Shown here: piece by piece, positions 24,469 to 36,400 of the stretch
Numbering within the stretch: the first letter of the stretch is position 1
Layout: each line of letters opens with the position of its first letter
Assembly (NCBI RefSeq): GCF_964355755.1
Contig: NC_092674.1
Span: forward strand, 30,752,001-30,816,000
Source of the DNA: Antedon mediterranea
Taxonomy: Eukaryota; Animalia; Echinodermata
DNA length: 64,000 bases
Direction of reading: 5' to 3'
The notes under the pieces: model-generated
The model's input: the letters and a program-made list of their open reading frames with translations, nothing else
Database searches by the model: none
What the model was told of the DNA's origin: nothing
Position numbers and translations under genes: made by a program

Positions 24469-27400
24469 CTAACGAGGCCTGTTCTTGGTATCTGCAATGT
24501 TTAACCTGGGTCTTGGTAGATCACCAAACATTTCTGTACCATCCTTAACACTGGCAGCCATTGCTTGCATGCTGGCAATGATTCTATCAGGACCAGGCAT
24601 GGGCACCTACCAAAAGAAATTACAAGACAAAAATTCATATAATAAGAAAACTTTATTCAAGATTCAATTCATAGTAAAACATAATACTACATTAATATAG
24701 TGTGTGTTTGTGTGCTCAGTATTATTAACTGTTACATATGAAGTATTGTAAGAAATAGGTAGAGGTTGGCTGTGTGTCATTTATTGCCCCTCATTCTTTT
24801 CACAGGAAAGTTTCCAATTAATAGGAGTGTCCTTTGAATGAGATTGTCCTACACTACCAAACTAGTTTGACAAAAAAAGTGTGATAGTGTAAAAAGAGCT
24901 TAAGTTTAGTGTTACTACCTTGTCATCGAACTCATCAAATGGATGTTTATTATCTTTTCCCCATGTAGGCATCGTAATGGGTACAGAAGTTGCATACTGA
25001 TGCTCATGTCTGTTAACAATAGGATGGTGGTCCATTACCTCATCTAGCAGTGAGTTATCTGTAATAGAAGAAAAAAGGTTTACAACTATGACAGTACAAA
25101 GAGAGCGTGAGACTTTGTAGTTTTGTGGCTGGTGATTTCGAAATATTGGGACCAATTATATTTACTCGTAATGGGTCTGTTTTTGCTGTGAAAAAATGGG
25201 ACTGATGTCAAATAGTTTGTTTAAAGTTTGATTTCCAGATCGGGAGTTCAGGTCTAATGCTCGGTCCAATGCTGGTCACATTGCTTGTGCTTTTAGGCAA
25301 GACACTTATGTTTGCTTCTCTCCCCCAAACTGTACAGCGGTAGGCTGTAAACTGGCTTGCAGCAAGCCGTTGACAAACTGTACAGCGGTTGGCTGTAAAC
25401 TGGCTTGCAGCAAGCCGTTGACAAACTGTACAGTGGTTGGCTGTAAACTGGCTTGCAGCAAGCCGTTGACAAACTGTACAGCGGTTGGCTGTAAACTGGC
25501 TTGCAGCAAGCCGTTGACAAACTGTACAGCGGTAGGCTGTAAACTGGCTTGCAGCAAGCCGTTGACAAACTGTACAGCGGTAGGCTGTAAACTGGCTTGC
25601 AGCAAGCCGTTGACAAACTGTACAGCGGTTGGGTGTAAACTGGCTTGCAGCAAGCAGTTGACAAACTGTACAGTGGTTGGCTGTAAACTGGCTTGCAGCA
25701 AGCCGTTGACAAACTGTACAGTGGTTGGGTGTAAACTGGCTTGCAGCAAGCCCTTGACAAACTGTACAGTGGTTGGCTGTAAACTGGCTTGCAGCAAGCC
25801 GTTGACAAACTGTACAGTGGTTGGGTGTAAACTGGCTTGCAGCAAGCCGTTGACAAACTGTACAGTGGTTGGCTGTAAACTGGCTTGCAGCAAGCCGTTG
25901 ACAAACTGTACAGCGGTTGGCTGTAAACTGGCTTGCAGCAAGCCGTTGACAAACTGTACAGCGGTAGGCTGTAAACTGGCTTGCAGCAAGCCGTTGACAA
26001 ACTGTACAGTGGTTGGCTGTAAACTGGCTTGCAGCAAGCCGTTGACAAACTGTACAGCGGTAGGCTGTAAACTGGCTTGCAGCAAGCCGTTGACAAACTG
26101 TACAGCGGTAGGCTGTAAACTGGCTTGCAGCAAGCAGTTGACAAACTGTACAGCGGTAGGCTGTAAACTGGCTTGCAGCAAGCCGTTGACAAACTGTACA
26201 GCGGTAGGCTGTAAACTGGCTTGCAGCAAGCCGTTGACAAACTGTACAGCGGTAGGCTGTAAACTGGCTTGCAGCAAGCCGTTGACAAACTGTACAGCGG
26301 TAGGCTGTAAACTGGCTTGCAGCAAGCCCTTGACAAACTGTACAGTGGTTGGCTGTAAACTGGCTTGCAGCAAGCCGTTGACAAACTGTACAGCGGTTGG
26401 CTGTAAACTGGCTTGCAGCAAGCCGTTGACAAACTGTACAGCGGTAGGCTGTAAACTGGCTTGCAGCAAGCCCTTGACAAACTGTACAGTGGTTGGCTGT
26501 AAACTGGCTTGCAGCAAGCCGTTGACAAACTGTACAGTGGTAGGGTGTAAACTGGCTTGCAGCAAGCCCTTGACAAACTGTACAGCGGTTGGCTGTAAAC
26601 TGGCTTGCAGCAAGCCGTTGACAAACTGTACAGCGGTTGGCTGTAAACTGGCTTGCAGCAAGCCGTTGACAAACTGTACAGCGGTAGGCTGTAAACTGGC
26701 TTGCAGCAAGCCGTTGACAAACTGTACAGCGGTTGGCTGTAAACTGGCTTGCAGCAAGCCGTTGACAAACTGTACAGCGGTAGGCTGTAAACTGGCTTGC
26801 AGCAAGCCCTTGACAAACTGTACAGTGGTTGGCTGTAAACTGGCTTGCAGCAAGCCGTTGACAAACTGTACAGTGGTAGGGTGTAAACTGGCTTGCAGCA
26901 AGCCCTTGACAAACTGTACAGCGGTTGGCTGTAAACTGGCTTGCAGCAAGCCGTTGACAAACTGTACAGCGGTTGGCTGTAAACTGGCTTGCAGCAAGCC
27001 GTTGACAAACTGTACAGCGGTAGGCTGTAAACTGGCTTGCAGCAAGCCGTTGACAAACTGTACAGCGGTTGGCTGTGAACTGGCTTGCAGCAAGCCCTTG
27101 ACAAACTGTACAGTGGTTGGCTGTAAACTGGCTTGCAGCAAGCCGTTGACAAACTGTACAGCGGTTGGCTGTAAACTGGCTTGCAGCAAGCCGTTGACAA
27201 ACTGTACAGCGGTAGGCTGTAAACTGGCTTGCAGCAAGCCCTTGACAAACTGTACAGTGGTTGGCTGTGAACTGGCTTGCAGCAAGCCGTTGACAAACTG
27301 TACAGCGGTTGGCTGTGAACTGGCTTGCAGCAAGCCGTTGACAAACTGTACAGCGGTAGGCTGTAAACTGGCTTGCAGCAAGCCGTTGACAAACTGTACA

Positions 27401-30400
27401 GCGGTTGGCTGTGAACTGGCTTGCAGCAAGCCCTTGACAAACTGTACAGCGGTTGGCTGTAAACTGGCTTGCAGCAAGCCGTTGACAAACTGTACAGCGG
27501 TTGGCTGTAAACTGGCTTGCAGCAAGCCGTTGACAAACTGTACAGCGGTAGGCTGTAAACTGGCTTGCAGCAAGCCGTTGACAAACTGTACAGCGGTTGG
27601 CTGTGAACTGGCTTGCAGCAAGCAAGATTGATTGAGGGCGTGAAACAACGGTTGGTTTTTAAAATTTTCTAATACTGCTGCTCTAAAAACATCGAAAAAT
27701 CTCAGTTCTTAATCAACGGATTTTTAATATAGATAGCACTGAAGACATACGAAAACTGCTGAACTTAAATAAACCTGCATCGGAGTTGAAATCTGTGTTG
27801 AAACTTGGTTTTTCAAATTGATCATCAGGTAGGCTCCAGTCAGTGTATTGTAACGCTAAGCCGTTACGTTGGTCCCCCACGAAAAACGATCGTATAGTAG
27901 GTTACTCAAATAAATTAAATCGACCATTCTATAATTTCCGTCTACTTTAATATTTGACATTAAACTTTTTTGTAAAGAATCAACTTATCAACGATCGTGA
28001 AGATCTCGACCTTAGTTACAAGAAATATCAAAGTTTAATTAATATCTCTGTTAGCTGTTTTTACAAATTTAGACTGATTTTACTGAGAAGATTGATACGT
28101 ATTTTTAGCGCCTTTTGTCAGATCAAAGGAATCGCCGCCCAGTGCAAGCTATTACGCAACACTGAAAGGACTGTCAAGATCTTTTGTTTTCTTTTGTTTT
28201 TGGTCTTCACGCTTGATCGACTCTCGGTTTACAATAGCTTTTTGATACGACTAGGCGATGGCTGATAAGAAACAGAAAAAGAAAAACGAAAAAAAGAAGA
28301 TATACAAATGCCAAGCTAATACAAATGGTATACATATGGAAAAAGAAATGGAGAGGATCGACATATCTGATTCTCCCCCAACACTAACAAAAATGGATTC
28401 TAAGCCAAACTCACAAACTGCTTGTTCTCCGCCAACCTTATTGAGAATCTGCGATGAATTCCCTTCAATAAATGAGCAACATCCTGGAACCTTTGATAAA
28501 AGGTTTAACAATATTATTGTCAACTATATGGAAGAAAACTATGAGCTTAAGCTACAAATTGTAAGAACAGAAAATGAAAATCTCAGAACAGAAAACAAAT
28601 CACTAAAATCTGAGGTTGAGTCTCTGAAACAAAGGCATCTAAAAATACACTGTCCCAAAAAAAATGATGACATTTCTAAAATTAGAGCTGATATCGACAA
28701 ATCTAATGAAAGAATGAAAAAATTGGAGAAGGAAAACAAAAATCTGAAACTTGACTTTGAGTCTTGGAGGTTATGGGAAAAACGGACAATGAACAAGGAA
28801 GAACAAATAAAGACATTACGTCAACAAGTTACAGAAACGGAGCGTAGCTTATCCATAGCTAAAGACGAAATATATGAACTAAAAAGAACGCAAATTGCCA
28901 TCGACACCTCAGATTTTGAACTACAACGTAGGACGAGAAAACAAATAATGGAAAGTCACACAAGTTCTACGACAACGCAAACAAGGAAAGTTTCTTCTAA
29001 CACAAACGATTCTATTACACAAACTGAACAATTGATTGATAATCTGTTTGAGGAGCTTACCAACAGGCAGCCATCTTCTACTCCTTCAAAACTGACCAAA
29101 TCAAAATCATCTGCGTCTGCTGCATACCAGGATCAACTAAGCCAATATAGAAACAAACACAAACAGATACACTCTGATACAGCTTTAGATAAAAAAATCT
29201 TGATTATTGGAGATTCGATGATAAAACAGTTTAAACCAAAACGACTTAGCAGGTCAACAAATCTGAACGTAATCTGTCAGACAATGAGAGGCGCGAAAAT
29301 TGATGACATTGCACACAAGGCAGCAGTACTGTCAACAGAACATAATGTGGATAGAATTATTCTACACGCGGGAACTAATAACTCCTCAGATGACCCAGCC
29401 ACTATTGCAGTAAAAATATCATCTCTCGGAGAATCTTTACAACCGAGAAGAGTAACAATCTCCTCGATAATTCATCGAAAACATGAATCTCTTACAGAAT
29501 CTAAGCGTATAAACGATGCCAATGACAAGATACGAGCAGTTGCTAGACAGCGAAATTGGGGCTTTATTGACAATAGTTGTATCATGTCAAAACACCTGTC
29601 TTCGGATGGAACTCACCTAAACCAAATTGGAGTTGGGTCATTTGCCAAAAATGTTATAGACCACATCAATGGAAATTCGTGCGACGAATCTTTGTCTGTA
29701 CCTGTGCCTGACATACACAAGCCACAGTCGTCGATTTTTCATCGTGCGAATATGTATCAACGACAAACGGAAGCAAATCGTCCATTGGAGAATCATCAAT
29801 TTCTACAAATAAAACCCCACAGAGACCAAATACACCAAGAGTGGAGTCAGTACCTGGACACAGTCCGCCGACTGCAAAAGGACACAGCGCCATAAGTACT
29901 CATTTTTCTAAATTAAAATTATGTGTACTTAATGCTCGATCCACGCAACGCAAAGCCTCAAGAAAAGGAGTGGAGCAAGTATCTGGAAATGGTGAGACGA
30001 GTACTAAATCCACAGGAAAGCATAGGTCTATAGAAAAAGAACATCTTAATTTTGGCGTTCTAAATGCACGTTCACTGCGTAACAAGTGTGATGAATTTGT
30101 GGACTTAGTTGTTAGCTATAATCTAGATGTAGTGGCGGTGTCTGAAACCTGGTTAAGACCAGATGATGATCTTGTGATTGGAGATTTAACTCCACTAGGA
30201 TATCGCTTTGTGCATGTCCCTAGGGTGGACAAAACTGGGGGTGGTGTTGGAATTCTGTCTAAGTCAAGCTTAGTTGTTAACTTGAAAACGGATGTACATA
30301 CATATGCATCATTTGAGGCTATACATGTGCATATTACGTCTAACTCGAAATCTCTTCGTTTAGTTAACATATATCGACCACCAACCTTGTCTGTTACAGA

Positions 30401-33400
30401 GTTCCTAAATGATTTTGAAAAAATGTTGTTTGACTTTATTCTCTTTTCGTCTGAAATTGTTTTCTGCGGAGACTTTAATATCCATATGGATAATAAAAAA
30501 AATGTGGCAGCGGATAGATTTAAAACACTGCTTAGATCGTTTGGTCTCCAGCAGCATATAAATGAACCCACACACTGTAGTGGGCACTGCCTCGACCTTA
30601 TCATCACTAGAGATGATCTACTTCTCTCGGATGTAAAGATACACCCTGGCCTGTCGGATCATTTTGCCATATTTTGCAAGTTTGATCTTAAACGGCCCAC
30701 AACACACAAAACTGTAAGAAAAAGTCGCAACCTAAAACAAATTGATATTGATAAATTCACAAATGACATTAAAGCCTGTGTGTCTAATATAACTGATGTA
30801 AGTGTAATTCTTGAAGACAGTGTAGAAAGCTATTCTGATCTCAGAGCTGTACTTGATTTACATGCGCCAGTTCAGAACAAAACAATTAGGCAAAAGGAAG
30901 CTAAACCGTGGTATACCGATGAAATTCGATCTGAAAGGAAAGTACGTCGTCAACTTGAACGTAAATGGATGAAATCAAAGCTTCCTAAGGATAGACAGGA
31001 ATACTGTGTTCAAAGATGCGTTGTAAATGGACTGATTGAAAAGGCCAAGACGCGGTATTACTCTAGTCTGGTTAGTGACTGCACAGGTGATCAAAAGAAA
31101 CTTTTCAATATAGTAAATAAACTTTTACATCACTCCAAGTCATCGGTCCTTCCTTCGTCTGTCTCCGATGAAGCTCTTGCTGAAAGATTTTCTGTGTTTT
31201 TTGTAAATAAAATTAAATCAATTCGTGATTCACTAGAAAATGAAAATACTGGCGAAGTTATAACTGCTTCTGATAAATGTAATATATCTTATGGTTTAAC
31301 TAGGTCTATACGGTTTTCTCAGTTCGAACCTGCAAGTGATGAGGAAATTTTAAAAATTGTCAAAAATTCTCCTTCTAAATCATGTGCACTTGACCCGGTA
31401 CCAACTTCACTGATTAAGAAATGTACTTCTGCATTTATTCCATTAATCACACATATTGTTAATAAGTCTCTTGAAAGTGGTTCTTTCCCAGAGTCTCTAA
31501 AAGTCACCCATGTTCGACCCACATTGAAAAAAACAGGTCTAGATCCCGAGATTCTGAAAAACTACAGACCTATCTCGAATCTTAGTTTTTTAGGAAAAAT
31601 AATTGAGAAGGTTGTTTCTAAACGGATTTTGTCGCATGTACAAAAACATGGCCTACTTGATCCGTATCAATCTGCCTACAAAGCGCATCACAGTACTGAA
31701 ACGGCATTACTTCGTGTAAATAATGACATCCTACGTGGGATGGATGATGGAAAGCTAACTGCTCTAGTATTATTAGATTTAAGTGCAGCATTTGATACGG
31801 TTGATCATTCTGTGTTGCTAAATAGACTCAGTACTTATATTGGTATTGAAGGAAATGCACTTGATTGGTGTCGGTCATATTTGGAAAAACGACCTCAACA
31901 CGTATGTATTGGTGATGCTATTTCAAAAGCTTCTTTTCTAAACTTTTCGGTACCACAAGGATCTGTTCTTGGGCCGCAATGGTTTACTATTTATTTACAC
32001 CCGATACGGGATATCATAAGTAAATATGATCTGTGCTATCATGTTTATGCTGATGATACTCAGATTTATATTTCTTTTAAACCTACTATGAAACACAGTG
32101 ACATTTCTTTGGAATTGCTCCAACATTGTATCTATGAATTGCGTGTCTGGATGAAAAACAACTTTCTTAAATTAAATGATGAAAAAACAGAATTTGTTCT
32201 CTTTGGATCAAAACAGCAGTTGGAAAAACTGCCACCAAGCTTTATTCACATTGGTGAAACCCAAATTGACCCGGCTATGCAGGTTAGAAATCTTGGGGTT
32301 GAAATGGATGTGGGTATGACTATGATTTCTCATATCTCAAAAACTATTTCTGCGTCGTCTTTTCACTTGCGAAACATTCGAAGGATTCGTAAGTTTATAA
32401 ATGAGACAGCAGCTAAACAACTTGTTCATGCTTTTGTCACTTCACGACTAGATATGGGAAACTCTTTGCTATACGGGCTACCACAAAAACAACTCCACAG
32501 GCTCCAACTGATTCAAAATACAGCGGCACGAGTTGTTAAAAAATTACCAAGATATGGACACATATCAAATACTTTGGAAATATTGCATTGGCTCCCTGTT
32601 AGGTACCGCATTGTTTTTAAAATATTACTCTTTGTTTTTAAGTCTATAAATGGCATGGCTCCTGAATATATTTCTGACATGCTTAGGCTGTATGTTCCCG
32701 GACGTAATCTGCGCTCTAGTGACTCGCTGCTTCTACATCAGCCTAAGTCTCACCACTCATGGGGTGACAGAGCATTCTCTGTTACTGCTCCTCGTCTGTG
32801 GAATGCTCTACCGAGCTCTATAAGATTTTGCAAAACTGTTGATACTTTTAAAAAATTATTAAAAACACATTTATTCATTAAGGCATATGGAAATCATGAG
32901 TTTTCTTAAAGTTGTTTAGACTTAGAATTGTTTTGTATACCTTTTCCTGGCCAGCATTCTCTTTGGGGTGCCTCTGTCTTGGTTGTTGTCTCTGAGCACC
33001 CGGTCGTCTGTGGCAAGGCAAATGTGTATCCTGCTCCTTTGTTTGGTCACCTAGGTAGGGGTCCGGGACCGCGACAGAATGACAACGGATGGGGACCCTC
33101 CAAAGAAATTGCATTTTATTTGCCAGGAATTTGTATGATTTATTTCTTTTTTATTTTTAAATGCGCCTTGAGCACTCTGGAGTGGTATGTGCGCTATAAA
33201 AATCTTATTATTATTATTATTATTATTAAGCCCTTGACAAACTGTACAGTGGTTGGCTGTAAACTGGCTTGCAGCAAGCCGTTGACAAACTGTACAGCGG
33301 TAGGCTGTAAACTGGCTTGCAGCAAGCCGTTGACAAACTGTACAGCGGTTGGCTGTGAACTGGCTTGCAGCAAGCCCTTGACAAACTGTACAGTGGTTGG

Positions 33401-36400
33401 CTGTAAACTGGCTTGCAGCAAGCCGTTGACAAACTGTACAGCGGTTGGCTGTGAACTGGCTTGCAGCAAGCCGTTGACAAACTGTACAGTGGTTGGCTGT
33501 AAACTGGCTTGCAGCAAGCCCTTGACAAACTGTACAGTGGTTGGCTGTAAACTGGCTTGCAGCAAGCCGTTGACAAACTGTACAGTGGTAGGCTGTAAAC
33601 TGGCTTGCAGCAAGCCGTTGACAAACTGTACAGCGGTAGGCTGTAAACTGGCTTGCAGCAAGCCGTTGACAAACTGTACAGCGGTTGGCTGTGAACTGGC
33701 TTGCAGCAAGCCGTTGACAAACTGTACAGCGGTTGGCTGTAAACTGGCTTGCAGCAAGCCGTTGACAAACTGTACAGCGGTAGGCTGTAAACTGGCTTGC
33801 AGCAAGCCCTTGACAAACTGTACAGTGGTTGGCTGTAAACTGGCTTGCAGCAAGCCGTTGACAAACTGTACAGCGGTAGGCTGTAAACTGGCTTGCAGCA
33901 AGCCGTTGACAAACTGTACAGCGGTTGGCTGTGAACTGGCTTGCAGCAAGCCCTTGACAAACTGTACAGTGGTTGGCTGTAAACTGGCTTGCAGCAAGCC
34001 GTTGACAAACTGTACAGCGGTTGGCTGTGAACTGGCTTGCAGCAAGCCCTTGACAAACTGTACAGTGGTTGGCTGTAAACTGGCTTGCAGCAAGCCGTTG
34101 ACAAACTGTACAGCGGTAGGCTGTAAACTGGCTTGCAGCAAGCCCTTGACAAACTGTACAGTGGTTGGCTGTAAACTGGCTTGCAGCAAGCCGTTGACAA
34201 ACTGTACAGTGGTTGGCTGTAAACTGGCTTGCAGCAAGCCGTTGACAAACTGTACAGTGGTTGGCTGTAAACTGGCTTGCAGCAAGCCGTTGACAAACTG
34301 TACAGCGGTTGGCTGTAAACTGGCTTGCAGCAAGCCGTTGACAAACTGTACAGCGGTTGGCTGTAAACTGGCTTGCAGCAAGCCGTTGACAAACTGTACA
34401 GCGGTAGGCTGTAAACTGGCTTGCAGAAAGCCCTTGACAAACTGTACAGCGGTAGGCTGTAAACTGGCTTGCAGCAAGCCCTTGACAAACTGTACAGCGG
34501 TTGGCTGTAAACTGGCTTGCAGAAAGCCCTTGACAAACTGTACAGCGGTTGGCTGTAAACTGGCTTGCAGCAAGCCGTTGACAAACTGTACAGTGGTTGG
34601 CTGTAAACTGGCTTGCAGCAAGCCGTTGACAAACTGTACAGTGGTTGGCTGTAAACTGGCTTGCAGCAAGCCGTTGACAAACTGTACAGTGGTAGGGTGT
34701 AAACTGGCTTGCAGCAAGCCGTTGACAAACTGTACAGCGGTAGGCTGTAAACTGGCTTGCAGCAAGCCGTTGACAAACTGTACAGCGGTTGGCTGTAAAC
34801 TGGCTTGCAGCAAGCCGTTGACAAACTGTACAGCGGTAGGCTGTAAACTGGCTTGCAGCAAGCCGTTGACAAACTGTACAGCGGTAGGCTGTAAACTGGC
34901 TTGCAGCAAGCCGTTGACATAACCTATTTGATCTATTTCTTTAGAGAAATTTAGGCCATTTAAACTTTAGCTGTGGAATGACACCACTGCTTTAAAATAC
35001 TGTAGATATAGTCCATTTAGTTTTTAATAGGGTATCCAGATTAGAATATTTCAAAATAAACTTACCATCAACACTACTGTCATCTTCAGATTCAAAAAAT
35101 GGTTCACAATCTTCACTGAATCCTTCTAAATCAAATAGTGCTATAGAAATACAAGAGAATATATACCTGTTGGTGTTTCTACTTGGAACTTGGTGCGTTG
35201 ATCCCTTACAAGCTCATAACAAAGCTATACTGGGATTGGATGCAGGTGTAACAAAATTTACAATTTAAAGGAGAAGTAATGACACATTGACAAGGGTGCA
35301 TTACCTCCCCTGGTCTTGATTAAAAGAAGACTAAACACCACTCGTACAACACAATGCTATACATTACCATATTATAATACTCCTTCCACATAAATATTTT
35401 TACCTTGGTCCTAACACTCTAAACACTCTTTAACCTAGACACATGGTACTATAGCATGGTGTGTGGTGTTTACTAGGACTGGAGAGAGAACAGTTATTTG
35501 TTACTGAAGAGGATACCCAGTATAAAGAAAAAATAAATTAGAAACCAATACGTTGGTGCTAGCTTTCATGGATAAACTACAACTACAAAGATAATGCAAC
35601 TTACTATCATCTTTTGTTGCTTGTTGTTGCTGTCTGTTCTTCCTTGAAACTGGCTGCTGTCGGTTTTTGGTTTTTTCATAATTTCTTCTGGTATTCTGCG
35701 GAAAAATTGTAGCACTATGATTGTAATGTTAATCTAGTTTGTAATTAACAATGTGTATAAAATTGTAGCATTATGATTGTAATGTTAATCTAGTTTGTAA
35801 TTAACAATGTGTATAAAATCCTTTTATCAAACAAATGGTACAAATTACAAAAAAAAATCTGAAAAAGGAACAACGAACGACCTGGAGAAAGATGGTTACA
35901 CCAACAGTTGTTGCAACTCCCTGAGTACGCTACTAAAAACCACATACATAATAAAATGAGGCAATAATTCATACCATTGTAACAGTTTGTAATTGTGGTA
36001 CTTTCTGAGATGCTGACTTGCTTAGCTGAGACACTTTTACTTTGGATGAAGTTGCTGTAAAAAACACAATATTAGTAATTATTGTAAGCATAATCATGTT
36101 TAAATTTCACTTAAGACAGTCATAGACTGATAATAAATGTCACAGGTCGCTGGTGTCAGGTCATGTGATGATTTATCATTAACTAATGATTTTAACATTA
36201 CCTCTCATTATTGACTTAGTGGAAGCAGATGAATTGCATGCTGGGATACTCGCTTCATTCATCGCATCTGATAATGAATTCACAAGATTTCTTTCTTCTA
36301 TCTCCAGCAACAATCTAAAAAAAAACAATTTTAAAAAGTTTACAACAGTTAAATGATACAATTAACTCTCTCATGGTACAGATATCTCTGTGCTGCTGGC

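Larger units (their letters stand above)
27624..33227 (+). mobile_element. Full-length, apparently intact L2/CR1-group LINE
   Basis: ~630-bp 5' UTR, ORF1, ORF2, 3' stem-loop GCGCCTTGAGCAC..GTGCGCTATAAA and (TTA)n tail; putative 4-bp TSD AAGC (27620-27623, 33228-33231). Confidence 0.95.

Noticed and set aside
25208-27648. Four long Cys-rich repetitive ORFs (750-805 aa) on both strands
   Set aside because: Artefact of a 48-bp (multiple of 3) unit lacking stops in several frames; open on both strands, intronic and with no credible start context
32928-34922. Long ORFs joining the LINE 3' UTR to the right repeat block
   Set aside because: Same repeat artefact; the frame runs through the (TTA)n tail as poly-Ile
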